Origin: Bacteriovoracaceae bacterium
GTDB lineage: Bacteria; Bdellovibrionota; Bacteriovoracia; Bacteriovoracales; Bacteriovoracaceae
NCBI GenBank assembly: GCA_041586955.1
Contig: JBFGZE010000016.1
Span: 1-47,721 of the forward strand
Direction: 5' to 3'
Length of the DNA: 47,721 nt
Part shown: positions 38,595-47,721 of the stretch, in pieces
How positions within the stretch are numbered: the stretch's first letter is position 1
How the letters are laid out: each line of letters begins with the position of its first letter
Notes under the pieces: model-generated
The model's input: only the letters and a program-made list of their open reading frames with translations
What the model was told of the DNA's origin: nothing
Databases searched by the model: none
Program-made: the position numbers and the translations under genes

Positions 38595-38672
38595 GGAGAC
38601 GTGCCTGAGCGGCCCAAAGGGACAGTTTGCAAAACTGTAAAGCCAGCGGTTCAAATCCGCTCGTCTCCTCCA
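38595..38672 (+). tRNA. tRNA-Cys (GCA)
   Basis: Acceptor stem GGAGACG/CGTCTCC, anticodon arm ACAGT-TT GCA AA-ACTGT, T-arm AGCGG-TTCAAAT-CCGCT, U discriminator, encoded CCA. Confidence 0.97.
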
Positions 38673-38705
38673 TAAAAACACGCCAAATCATCGCTCAAAA
38701 TTTCT

Positions 38706-38972
38706 CTAAGGCCCCAAAATACCTGTGGCGGTTTGCAAAAGGTAATCAAAAATAACATTGAATTTTTTATCCCACATAGTGACTTGATAAATTCCACAGA
38801 TATCTTTATTTTGGCCTATGATGACAAAGATACCATCTTGAATATAGTCGTTGAGCAACTCAATATCCAATACCTCAATATCAATACCTAGCTTTTCATT
38901 TATTTCCATTTTTAAATTTTCAATTATTTCTTCTCTATGAGTTTTAATATGAAACATCCTTTTTGTATGCAA
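38706..38972 (-). CDS. Small hypothetical protein
   Basis: 88-codon ORF filling the gap; no recognisable motif, start uncertain. Confidence 0.45.
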   Translation of the reverse strand: MHTKRMFHIKTHREEIIENLKMEINEKLGIDIEVLDIELLNDYIQDGIFVIIGQNKDICGIYQVTMWDKKFNVIFDYLLQTATGILGP

Positions 38973-39049
38973 CGTTAATTTTTATTTAAAATAACGTGTT
39001 ATCCTCAAGGGCGACTCATCTTTTTCTCAAGAAAAATTGAGGTATGAAT

Positions 39050-39739
39050 TTATTTTTTGATAATATAGCCCGTGCCGCGAATGGTCTTTAGGTAAACGGA
39101 ATATGGTCCGAGTTTTTTTCGAAGAGAGCTGATATGCATTTCGACTGTTCTAAGTAGGGAATCACTGTCGACATTCCATACCTTTTCATAAATTTTTTCC
39201 TTTGAGAGAACACGTTGTTTATTTTGTAATAAATAAATAAGTATCTTTAACTCTTTTTGGGTGAGGTTAAGGTCTTGTAAAGCACCCTCAATTTCAATAG
39301 CGGCAGTCATTGTCGATAAGTTTACACGAATTTGGTTAAATATTAATAATTCGGTATTGTTGCTCATCGATACCGCCAAATTTTTCTCGACAATCATTTT
39401 AATAAGTTCAGGCACAATGGGCTTTTTCAAATATTCAGTAACGCCGTATTCATGTCCTAAAAGCTCATCTTGTGGTGAACTGGAGCTGGTGATAATAAGG
39501 ATGGGGGTCATTTTAAACTTTGGAATACTTCTAATTAATTGTAATAATTGAATGCCGTTAGTATCGGGTAAGTTTAAATCTAAAAGGATAATATTGGGGG
39601 TCTGGTTTTCAAGGTAATGAATTGCTTCCTTTCCACTTGTGAAAGGAGTTAGTTGAATAAGCGGGCTTAAGGCGCTTTTAATTAAAAATATTGTCGAAGG
39701 GTCATCTTCGATCAATAATGCTTTCGGAAGATCTGTCAT
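39050..39739 (-). CDS. OmpR/PhoB-family response regulator
   Basis: IEDD, LLDLNLPD.NG, KP receiver motifs; LT.KE..IL, VW, RTVEMHIS.LRKKL, TIRG.GY winged helix. Confidence 0.95.
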   Translation of the reverse strand: MTDLPKALLIEDDPSTIFLIKSALSPLIQLTPFTSGKEAIHYLENQTPNIILLDLNLPDTNGIQLLQLIRSIPKFKMTPILIITSSSSPQDELLGHEYGVTEYLKKPIVPELIKMIVEKNLAVSMSNNTELLIFNQIRVNLSTMTAAIEIEGALQDLNLTQKELKILIYLLQNKQRVLSKEKIYEKVWNVDSDSLLRTVEMHISSLRKKLGPYSVYLKTIRGTGYIIKK

Positions 39740-39741
39740 CT

Positions 39742-40116
39742 TTACTCCACTTCTATTTTTAACTTCATCTTTGGATGGATCGCACAGCGGATAATTCTGG
39801 TACCTTTTTCATGAAATATTCTCTTTTTGATTGAATTTTTCTCTTGGTGGAGGTCAAACTCTTTCCCAAAAACATTATGAACGACATTATCATTATTGTG
39901 AAAATGGACAGTATCACCCGCTTTGATTGATATCGTTGTCAGTCGGTATTCTTCAACTTTCTTTTTGATAAAACGGCCGCGACCATTCTTTAATAAGCTA
40001 AATTTTCCCTCAACTTCATTGGACACGAAAGTTTTTCCAATCTGGAAAACGTGATGATCAGCTGCTGATGCGGGAAAGCTTAATAGAAAAGAGATCGTTA
40101 AAATTAATTTATTCAA
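39742..40116 (-). CDS. Small periplasmic cupredoxin (amicyanin/plastocyanin-like)
   Basis: Signal peptide, GDTV.F.N.D...HNV, CAIHPKM type-1 copper loop. Confidence 0.88.
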   Translation of the reverse strand: MNKLILTISFLLSFPASAADHHVFQIGKTFVSNEVEGKFSLLKNGRGRFIKKKVEEYRLTTISIKAGDTVHFHNNDNVVHNVFGKEFDLHQEKNSIKKRIFHEKGTRIIRCAIHPKMKLKIEVE

Positions 40117-41515
40117 TTCGAACCTCGCTGCTTAATGTTTTTAAAAAACTGATGAGATCTCTTTTTTCTTGTGATGTTAGGTTTAATAAAAAAATCTCGC
40201 TGGATAAACTTGGGCGTTTTTTATCACCACCTCTGTTATAAAAATCAATAACCTCTTTAAGGGTACGCTTGCTACCGTTGTGCATATAGGGGGAGCGGAG
40301 GGCAATATTTCTCAAGGTGGGGGTTTTAAAGGCGTGCTGCATCGAGTTTATCTTTTTTAAGAATTTTCCCCGCCCAATATCCGCCGAATCGATGCCAATA
40401 TCGTGAAAACTATCATCTGTGAACCTCCAACCTGAGTGACAAGTAGAGCAATGAGCTTTTCCATTAAAGAGAAGAAAGCCCCTTTTCGCTTCGCTTGAAA
40501 TAGCGTCCTCTTTCCCTTCAATCCATTCATCAAAAGGTGATGGAGTAGAAATTAATTTCCGTTCAAACGTGGCAAGGGCATGAGAAGCAAGGCCAATATT
40601 AATGGGCCTTCCTGGGAAGGCCTTTGTAAACATCCTTAAATAGTTTTGATCTGATTGAATCATTTTTGAAAACTGCGTTTCATTTAGTCCCATTTCTAAT
40701 TGGTCGGTAATAGGTTTTTTTGCTTGCTCTTCTAAGGACCTTGACCTTCCATCCCAACTAAATAACTCGCTCCAGGCAAGGTTTAATATCGTCGGGGTAT
40801 GACGTGACAGTGTTTTCCCTGTAACACCTTTAGAGAGGGCCTTGCCATCTTCTAGGCCTAGCTGAGGTCGATGGCATGTTGCGCAGCTAATTGTTCCTGT
40901 TGCTGATAACCTTTTATCGAAAAAAAGCTTCTTACCTAATTTATACTTAGATTTGGTAAATGGATTGTGTTTAGGAAAGGGGATGTTAATATTCCTTTTA
41001 TACTCTTGCTTAAGTTCTTTTATCTCACTTGTTGTAAAAGAGTTAGCATGAAGGCCTTTGACAAAAAATATGCCCTTCATATGTAAGATGTTTCCATGGC
41101 CGGGCATTAAGCAGATAAAAGTATAGCGGCCAGGTTCATCGAGTGTAACGACGAGCTCCCCACTTTGCTGGGGCTCGATGATTTTAGAGCTGGCCAAGAG
41201 GTAGTCTGTGTCCTTAAAGAAGTTGATGGCCTCAGTGAAATCATATTCTTCTTTTTCTAGTAATTCTAGTACCTTACTTTCCTTTCCCGGTTTGATAATT
41301 GCCACATTATGAGTGATTTCGGAGTCCCGGTCGGCCTTATTCTTAAAGGTTAGTTTAACCCTTTTGCCGAGGGGGATGTGAATATAATCCTGTTCAAAAG
41401 CAATTTCATTACCTTTGGAGTTTAGTTCAATCTGGATTACCCTGACTTTATCTAAGGCATCAACGTGAGTTCGGCACGAGAAAAGGGCGAAGGAGAAGAG
41501 CAGTATAATCTTCAT
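40109..41515 (-). CDS. Fusion of azurin/auracyanin-like cupredoxin with a MauG/bCcP-superfamily diheme peroxidase; probable lipoprotein
   Basis: LFSC lipobox; HNVAI and CLMPGHGNILHM copper ligands; LGKKLFFD.RLS, CATCH, WDGR, EEQA..PI, CSTCH, FKTPTLRN, PYMHNG. Confidence 0.9.
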   Translation of the reverse strand: MKIILLFSFALFSCRTHVDALDKVRVIQIELNSKGNEIAFEQDYIHIPLGKRVKLTFKNKADRDSEITHNVAIIKPGKESKVLELLEKEEYDFTEAINFFKDTDYLLASSKIIEPQQSGELVVTLDEPGRYTFICLMPGHGNILHMKGIFFVKGLHANSFTTSEIKELKQEYKRNINIPFPKHNPFTKSKYKLGKKLFFDKRLSATGTISCATCHRPQLGLEDGKALSKGVTGKTLSRHTPTILNLAWSELFSWDGRSRSLEEQAKKPITDQLEMGLNETQFSKMIQSDQNYLRMFTKAFPGRPINIGLASHALATFERKLISTPSPFDEWIEGKEDAISSEAKRGFLLFNGKAHCSTCHSGWRFTDDSFHDIGIDSADIGRGKFLKKINSMQHAFKTPTLRNIALRSPYMHNGSKRTLKEVIDFYNRGGDKKRPSLSSEIFLLNLTSQEKRDLISFLKTLSSEVRIE

Positions 41516-41622
41516 ATTCTTTTAATTAATCCGGTTGAAGTTTCTGATGTGATAATAACCTGAAATTGTTTAGTATTAAAAGTAAGTAATAAATAATTTT
41601 ACATAAAATACTAAGGTCAATT

Positions 41623-43965
41623 ATGAACGGAAAACGTCATTTTCTAAGAAATATAAGTTTAAAGCAATATCTTATGACTTTTATAGGTGGAATTCTCATC
41701 ATTCAGCTTCTATTTAGTTTTTTTGAGTATAAAAGCCTTTCAAAATTAACCAGATTGGTTAACAAGTCATATAATAGTGTTTACATGATCAATGCTTATG
41801 CTCAAGAAGCGAAGTTTAACTTTAGTCACCTTGATCTTGTTATTCTAGAGACCCTTGAATCCACAGATGAAGAGGAGTTTCAAAGATTTTCCAAAGAATG
41901 GCAAGATACCTTAGCGACTTTAAAGGATGATTTAAATGTCGTCCATGAAAGAAGCGAAGCAGGCAGTGAGTCTTTTCAAAAGAGTACTATCCTTTTAAGC
42001 AAAATTGACATCGCCAATATGATTGGCCTGGCGCTAGCTCAAAAGATTAGAAAGGCCAATTTTGTTGCAACAAAGTCAATCGCTTTATCGCATGAATGGA
42101 TTGACTTTAAGCTCAAAAAAGAAATTCTTGAAGACTTTGATGAATTAACTGATCATATAAGTGAAAAGGGTTATCTGCTAAGAGAGCAAATCAAAAAAAT
42201 GTCTAATGAAGGGTATTGGCAATTTATCATTTATTCTATTGTCTTTACATGCTTTCTCTTGCTCTTATTTTTTCTTATAAAAAAAAATGTCCTAATACCT
42301 ATTCGTAAAATGACCAACGATTTCCAAACAATCGCTCAAGGTCAATATGACATGGAGGTGGAGGTTCAAAATGAAATCACTGAAATGGGCAAACTTGGTA
42401 AATCATTTAATATTTTATTAAGTAATTTTCAAACATCTCTTCTTGTCGTCGAAAATGCGAATAAGGCCAAAGAACGCTTTATGGCCAATATCAGTCATGA
42501 GTTAAGAACGCCTCTAAGCGCCATATTAGGTTTTAGTCATTTATTATTAAGAGATAAAAAAATTAAAGAATCTGGCAATGAGAATATAGATGCCATTAAA
42601 GAAATTCATAGTTCTGGCAAGCATTTACTATCATTAATTAACGATATTCTTGATTTCAATAAAATTAAATCGAGCAATTTTGAAATCGATCTTAGGCCAG
42701 TGTTGCTTGAAAATGTTATAAGCTCGGCCATAAATTTGGTTAAGGGGAAAGCAAATGAGAAAAACCTTAAGTTAATCTTTGAGAAGCACTTTAGTGAAAA
42801 TCTGATTGTTAATATTGATGATATAAGATTGAAGCAAGTTCTTATCAATTTACTTAGTAATTCGATTAAATTTACAGATTTTGGCACAATTAGGATAAAA
42901 GTAAGCGCTAAAGAACTTGAGAATAATCATACTCATCTCTTTTTTGAAGTTATCGATACTGGCCTGGGAATTGCGCAAGAAAGTCTTTCCAAAATATTTG
43001 AGTTTTATGAGCAAGCAGAAATAGGGACCTTCCGGGATTACGGTGGTACGGGCCTGGGACTCCCTATTTGTAAGTCAATTGTTGAAAAGATGGGGGGGGA
43101 GATCTCAGTAGAGAGTCAGCTCAATGATGGCAGTACCTTTTCTTTTGGAATAAAAGTAGAAATGCTTGATTCAAGTTCTAATTATGTTGTTGAAAAAGAG
43201 CATATATCACGGGCAGTGGATTCTTCATTTAATAATATAAAAATTTTATTGGCCGAAGATAATAAAGTTAATCAAAAGCTTTTTTTGGCCATGATGAAAT
43301 CTCTTGGCCATTTTAATATTAGTATTGTTGAAAATGGAAAAGAGGCGGTCAAAACATGTCTTAGGGAAGATTTTGATATCGTTTTTATGGATATGATGAT
43401 GCCAGAGCTTGATGGGGTTGAAGCAACTAAGCAAATCATCAAACTTAAAGGGGGCGATGCGCCTCCTATTTATGCTCTGACTGCGAAAAACTCACATGAA
43501 GCTAAAGTATCATGTCAAGAAGCTGGAATGATTGGTTTTTTAACTAAGCCGATAGAAGTTGAAAACATTAAATTGGCGCTGGAAACAGTGCCGCGAGTTT
43601 CGGCCCCAAGTAGAGAAAGTCAAAAATTATTCTTAAAGTCTCATATTGTTAATAAAGATCGCGTTAATAGTTTAATGCAGTTTAACCAAGATACGACACT
43701 CAAAGTATTTGAAATTTTTGTATCCGATTGTGGTGAAGTATTAAATGAGCTTGACCATGCTTTAGAGAAAAACGACTTTAACCTAATTAGGGCCAAGGCG
43801 CATCGAATAAGGGGAAGTCTTGTTAATTTGGGGGGGGATTACGCCGCCGATATTGCACAGAAGATTGAATTAGGGGAAGGTGATATTCATCAGAATATTA
43901 AAAGATTAAAAGATTCAATCGAAATATTCACTGCAGAGCTTGCTACTTATATGGAAGAAGTATAG
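41623..43965 (+). CDS. Hybrid sensor histidine kinase (periplasmic helical sensor, HAMP, HisKA, HATPase, REC, Hpt)
   Basis: Two TMs, FMANISHELRTPL, NLLSNSIKFT, DTG.GI, GGTGLGL, AEDN..N, FMDMMMP, AHRIRGS. Confidence 0.95.
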   Translation: MNGKRHFLRNISLKQYLMTFIGGILIIQLLFSFFEYKSLSKLTRLVNKSYNSVYMINAYAQEAKFNFSHLDLVILETLESTDEEEFQRFSKEWQDTLATLKDDLNVVHERSEAGSESFQKSTILLSKIDIANMIGLALAQKIRKANFVATKSIALSHEWIDFKLKKEILEDFDELTDHISEKGYLLREQIKKMSNEGYWQFIIYSIVFTCFLLLLFFLIKKNVLIPIRKMTNDFQTIAQGQYDMEVEVQNEITEMGKLGKSFNILLSNFQTSLLVVENANKAKERFMANISHELRTPLSAILGFSHLLLRDKKIKESGNENIDAIKEIHSSGKHLLSLINDILDFNKIKSSNFEIDLRPVLLENVISSAINLVKGKANEKNLKLIFEKHFSENLIVNIDDIRLKQVLINLLSNSIKFTDFGTIRIKVSAKELENNHTHLFFEVIDTGLGIAQESLSKIFEFYEQAEIGTFRDYGGTGLGLPICKSIVEKMGGEISVESQLNDGSTFSFGIKVEMLDSSSNYVVEKEHISRAVDSSFNNIKILLAEDNKVNQKLFLAMMKSLGHFNISIVENGKEAVKTCLREDFDIVFMDMMMPELDGVEATKQIIKLKGGDAPPIYALTAKNSHEAKVSCQEAGMIGFLTKPIEVENIKLALETVPRVSAPSRESQKLFLKSHIVNKDRVNSLMQFNQDTTLKVFEIFVSDCGEVLNELDHALEKNDFNLIRAKAHRIRGSLVNLGGDYAADIAQKIELGEGDIHQNIKRLKDSIEIFTAELATYMEEV

Positions 43966-44203
43966 CAATTCATAACGCACCTGTGATGCTATTGGCGATT
44001 CGTATCACTTTGCGTGACAAGTAATAGTGACAAATTCATTATATGGCGATAGCTTATCTCACTTTTTGTTAAGTCTGTCGTTTTTAGGTGTGCGCCGCGT
44101 CTTCGCCTTGAAAAATATTCCTTTTCTGTTGTTAATATTGAGTTTATTCCTTGGATAGAAGATAAGAGAGTAATGAATCCATTAGATTTAGGCTTCGATT
44201 AAT

Positions 44204-45064
44204 ATGATCGTAATAAAACAAAGATTTTTAACCACCCTTTTGATGATCTCCTTTTCGATTACAAGCGTTGTTGCCGAAGAGCTCGTTGTTCCTGAAAAAA
44301 ATCTTAAACTTTCGGATTTCAAGTATAATATGTCAGATGACCTGGTTAAGTCGATGGAGTGGGCCTATAAGGGCAGTTATAAGCAATTTCATGGCACGCA
44401 AAATTTAGTATTTGCTAGTATTGCAGTTTTATCATCACTTTATTTTATTAAAAATGATGAGCGTATCTCCAAGAAGACTGTTAATAAAAATAAAAATAAA
44501 AATGAAAAGGTACTCAGGATTATCAGTGATAGCAGTATCTTCTTTAATACTCCAATTATGCCTGCTTTGTTCTATGCATACGGTGTCTCTAATAAAGACT
44601 CAAAAATGGTTCGCTTCTCTCAAGAATACCTTGCCGCTTTAACCTTATCTCTACTAGAAACTGCCGTGATCAGTGCTATTCCTGTGCATCAAAGGCCAGA
44701 TCAAAAGAATTTATCATTTTGGGAAAAGGCCTTTCGTGGGCAATCATCATTTCCCTCTGGGCATGTGGTAGGGTATACCGTCTTTGGACTTAAGTCTCTT
44801 CAATTTTATGGACCTCATTACGCGCTTATCCCCTTATCCTTTGCTGTCGCAACTGGGTTTGAAAGAGTCCTGGCCGAAAAACATTTTATATCTGATGTTG
44901 TCGCTTCAGGATTTATCTCTTTACTTGCTTCAGAGGGGGTAAGGTATGCTTCAGGTTATAATAAAAATCACCCTGTATTTGATTGGATATTTAAGTCTCA
45001 ATTTACGCTACAATTGATCCGTCAAAATGGCATTCCTGGACTTTTAACATCATTTACTTTTTAG
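44204..45064 (+). CDS. PAP2-family phosphatase
   Basis: RP, SFPSGH and R.....HFISD motifs; signal-like N-terminus. Confidence 0.85.
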   Translation: MIVIKQRFLTTLLMISFSITSVVAEELVVPEKNLKLSDFKYNMSDDLVKSMEWAYKGSYKQFHGTQNLVFASIAVLSSLYFIKNDERISKKTVNKNKNKNEKVLRIISDSSIFFNTPIMPALFYAYGVSNKDSKMVRFSQEYLAALTLSLLETAVISAIPVHQRPDQKNLSFWEKAFRGQSSFPSGHVVGYTVFGLKSLQFYGPHYALIPLSFAVATGFERVLAEKHFISDVVASGFISLLASEGVRYASGYNKNHPVFDWIFKSQFTLQLIRQNGIPGLLTSFTF

Positions 45065-45563
45065 TTTGCGCTAATGATGGTGGAGTTGTCGCTATTGATG
45101 TCGTTAAATGCTCGTGTAGTTTTTCATTAATTTTATTAAGAGAAATATAATCACTGGTGAGAGGAGTTGAGAAGGATTCGGCCAGGCCAATTTGCATAAT
45201 CTCTTTGCCCTCCTTATCTTTAATAATTATATAGGCATTTCTTGGCCTATCATTTTGAATATCCTCTTCAAAAGCGGAAATGATATAGGCCTTATAATCG
45301 GCCAACGATTCACTTGTGACTGTCATGCTTTTGGTTTGAAGAAATTGGGATAGGATACTTTTTAAATTGCGGTGGAGATCATTATTGCTGGCGACACAGG
45401 TTTTGGTATTGCAATTTAATGCCGCCAGAGAAATGGTCGCGTTTTGATCGAAAAATATAATCTGCCTGGATGACTTAAATGAGGTGATATGGCCACACCC
45501 GGTTAAGGACAATAAAATCAGTAGCGATATCGAGAAGATAAAGTTCGTCAAGCAGTTGGTCAT
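45054..45563 (-). CDS. Hypothetical lipoprotein
   Basis: LTGC lipobox after a hydrophobic stretch. Confidence 0.7.
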   Translation of the reverse strand: MTNCLTNFIFSISLLILLSLTGCGHITSFKSSRQIIFFDQNATISLAALNCNTKTCVASNNDLHRNLKSILSQFLQTKSMTVTSESLADYKAYIISAFEEDIQNDRPRNAYIIIKDKEGKEIMQIGLAESFSTPLTSDYISLNKINEKLHEHLTTSIATTPPSLAQTKK

Positions 45564-45612
45564 TCATTTATAATAAAGCAATTCTTTTAAAAAATGTAAA
45601 ATGTGGTAATTA

Positions 45613-46368
45613 TTGAAACGGATTGATTTTAGACTTTGTAATAATATTAATGAGTTGAGTTCACTTAGACAGTATCTGACAGTTTTACTTGTCATATTTT
45701 TCATGTCTCAACCTGTGACCGCGCAAGAACCTCTGCCAGCACAAGGTCAAGTTAGCAATTATTTTAAGTCGCATCTGAGGCCAACTTTTGTCGAAGGTTT
45801 TGATAGAGTCGGCTTCACTATACTCGCAACGGGCACGGTGCTTGGAGCTTTTTCCCACCAATATGACCTGAAAATAAAACATTTTTTTAATAAAAAAGAG
45901 CGACTAGGCCGTTCTCTCACAAAGTTTGGTAATTCCTTTGGTACTCGCTACGTTAATATTTTAGTGGCGGGCATTCAAATGATATGGGATCGTTCCAATG
46001 GCCTTTCTCATTTAGAAAGTTTACTCGGAACCACCTTGATGGTTTTGGCGATGAAAAAGTCCATCCATAGAACCAGGCCTAATGGTGAGAATGAAGACTC
46101 TTTTCCCTCTGGCCATACTTCAATTGCTTTTGCTTCTTCAGGGAGTCTCAGTTATGCCTATGGCCTTAAGGCGGCGATTCCCGCCTATGCTGTGACTTCT
46201 CTTACTTTTTTGGCGCGGCTGGAGGATAATAAGCATTGGCTGTCGGATTTGGTTGTCGCCACATCAATTGGCATATTTTGGGCCCGCGCCAGCGGTATCC
46301 ACCATCATTATTTGGCACCGATTATTTTAGATGATGGTGGGGGTGTTCGCTTTACATATTCTTTTTAA
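45613..46368 (+). CDS. PAP2-family phosphatase
   Basis: KKSIHRTRP, SFPSGHT and ARLEDNKHWLSD motifs; start uncertain. Confidence 0.88.
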   Translation: MKRIDFRLCNNINELSSLRQYLTVLLVIFFMSQPVTAQEPLPAQGQVSNYFKSHLRPTFVEGFDRVGFTILATGTVLGAFSHQYDLKIKHFFNKKERLGRSLTKFGNSFGTRYVNILVAGIQMIWDRSNGLSHLESLLGTTLMVLAMKKSIHRTRPNGENEDSFPSGHTSIAFASSGSLSYAYGLKAAIPAYAVTSLTFLARLEDNKHWLSDLVVATSIGIFWARASGIHHHYLAPIILDDGGGVRFTYSF

Positions 46369-46389
46369 GAATATTCACTTAACAGGTTT

Positions 46390-46998
46390 TTACCAACATT
46401 TTGTTTTTTTGAGGCGAGTGATATCCCTTTTTGCCGCTTCATAACTTTCGTAAGCAGCAGCATCACGTTCTAAACCTGTCACATTTTTTTCAAAGAACTC
46501 CTTGGCCGTTTTGTCGCCATCCAGGGCAAATTTAAATGCTTCTTTGATAAGAGCTTCAAGGTAGGGCGGCTTGTTATTTTCTTTTCCTATTTTGGATTTA
46601 ATTTGTTCGACAATTGTGGTTTTCTTAGTACTATTATTTTTTTTCAAATGGCATGTTTCTTTGATGTCGCAATCCTCTTGATCACATTCGATGCTGACAT
46701 CGAATAAATGCAATGACTCAAGCTTTTCAGTAATATGATAACCATTCTGTTGCGGAGTTATTTTAAAATTTTTCAGGAAGGGGTCACTATTATAAATAAT
46801 TTTAGGGATGACGGAAGTGTTGACTAGCAGGATAGAGAATTCGGATTTATAATCATCTTCAGGATTACGGCAATAAACCACCTGAACTTTTTCTCCAATC
46901 TTAAGTGAATGCATTACTTTTCCATCCACAATTTCACATATATTAGATTTGGCAAAGCTAGTGGTAGATAGGGATATTAAAATTAATAATTTAAGCAT
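46390..46998 (-). CDS. Hypothetical secreted protein
   Basis: Signal peptide ending SFA; six Cys. Confidence 0.7.
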   Translation of the reverse strand: MLKLLILISLSTTSFAKSNICEIVDGKVMHSLKIGEKVQVVYCRNPEDDYKSEFSILLVNTSVIPKIIYNSDPFLKNFKITPQQNGYHITEKLESLHLFDVSIECDQEDCDIKETCHLKKNNSTKKTTIVEQIKSKIGKENNKPPYLEALIKEAFKFALDGDKTAKEFFEKNVTGLERDAAAYESYEAAKRDITRLKKTKCW

Positions 46999-47072
46999 CT
47001 TGCTTCCCTTTATAATGTTTTACTTTAGAAAGATTATACTTGAGATTAAGATTTAAGTTGAGTAAGAAATTT

Positions 47073-47720
47073 TTATTTCATAGGCCTTTGGGAATGATTA
47101 GTCATATTGATAATTGATTGGGCGGCCCTGTGAGCGGTGCTAAAGCAACCTTGGAGCAGGAAGCCTCCAGTACAGGCATCCCAATCGAGCATCTCACCAA
47201 TGGCGTAGACTTTGGGAATCTCTTTAAATTCAAGATTATTTTTAAAATTGCTCATGCATAGACCCCCTGATGTTGATATCGCCTCATCGATGGGCCTAAA
47301 TCCGTGAATTGGGATTTCTAATACCTTGATTGTTTTGGCCAAGATTGCCATATTGTTAAATTCTTCCTTAGATAAAAACTCCCGTAGAAGGTTGATTTTC
47401 ATTTTATCAAGATTAAGAGTTTTGCGGATATGGTTAGAAAGAGAATTTTTACCTCTTTCTTTATTCAAGCGGGCGATTATATCGGCAATGGCCAAATCTG
47501 GCTTGAGATCAATTTGTAAACGAGGTGCTCGGCATTGATTAATCGCCTTCGCTATTTCGCGCGATACCTCATAAATACCTCCTCCCTCGATACCATATTG
47601 GGTAAGCATTATTTCGCCGGTAGAATGGGCGTCGTTGAAATTGATCCTAATATTTCTAATAGGTGCCGTATCAAATAAACTTTTGAAATAATTAGACCAA
47701 TTGATTTCAAATCCACAATT
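47073..47720 (-). CDS. HI0933/BaiN-family FAD-dependent flavoprotein, 3' part; 5' end lies outside the window
   Basis: Frame open to the window end (NCGF...W, GE.MLT.YGIEGG); RPIDEAISTSGG, GEMLDWDA.TGGFLLQGCFST. Confidence 0.9.
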   Translation of the reverse strand, partial: NCGFEINWSNYFKSLFDTAPIRNIRINFNDAHSTGEIMLTQYGIEGGGIYEVSREIAKAINQCRAPRLQIDLKPDLAIADIIARLNKERGKNSLSNHIRKTLNLDKMKINLLREFLSKEEFNNMAILAKTIKVLEIPIHGFRPIDEAISTSGGLCMSNFKNNLEFKEIPKVYAIGEMLDWDACTGGFLLQGCFSTAHRAAQSIINMTNHSQRPMK

Positions 47721-47721
47721 C

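Noticed and set aside
44014..44033. Direct repeat GTGACAA-N6-GTGACAA after the kinase gene
   Set aside because: Only 7 bp, two copies, 13-bp period; insufficient to call an operator or att arm site.
44483..44503. Tandem AATAAA x3.5 inside the first PAP2 gene
   Set aside because: Short in-frame hexamer (NK repeats); slippage would not shift the frame, so phase variation is unsupported.
1209..47538. Numerous short ORFs in the six-frame track overlapping larger genes
   Set aside because: Antisense or alternate-frame shadows of well-supported genes, with no recognisable motifs.
38595..47721. Prophage or integrative element at tRNA-Cys
   Set aside because: No integrase, phage genes or att duplication visible.
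1..47721. CRISPR arrays, rRNA, riboswitches
   Set aside because: No regularly spaced repeats or recognisable structured RNA other than tRNA-Cys seen by eye; a covariance-model search was not possible.

Overview
Bacterial chromosomal window, probably from a Bdellovibrionota (Bacteriovorax/Halobacteriovorax-like) genome. That assignment is inferred from gene families and promoter motifs, not demonstrated. From left to right: the 3' end of an IS1-like transposase; a complete, compact clade II nitrous oxide reductase cluster (cytochrome c, lipoprotein NosZ, NosB, NosD, NosF, NosY, NosL); a large hypothetical protein; a coupled three-gene operon (diheme cytochrome, Tat-exported DUF1501-like protein, lipoprotein); SRPBCC, glutamate dehydrogenase and YkuD genes; several surface proteins, including an 1800-aa mosaic lipoprotein; rplY and an orphan parA; the core queA-tgt-yajC-tat-secD-secF block; ihfB and tRNA-Cys. 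After the tRNA lies a divergent module: a blue-copper/MauG-type diheme peroxidase fusion, an amicyanin-like cupredoxin and a response regulator on one strand, and a hybrid histidine kinase on the other. Two PAP2 phosphatases and a partial HI0933-family flavoprotein end the window. The best candidates for undescribed biology are the copper-MauG signalling module, the NosB with a cytoplasmic CX2CX5CX3C tail inside a minimal nos cluster, and the heme/DUF1501 operon. All family calls come from motifs recognised by eye; no searches were run.
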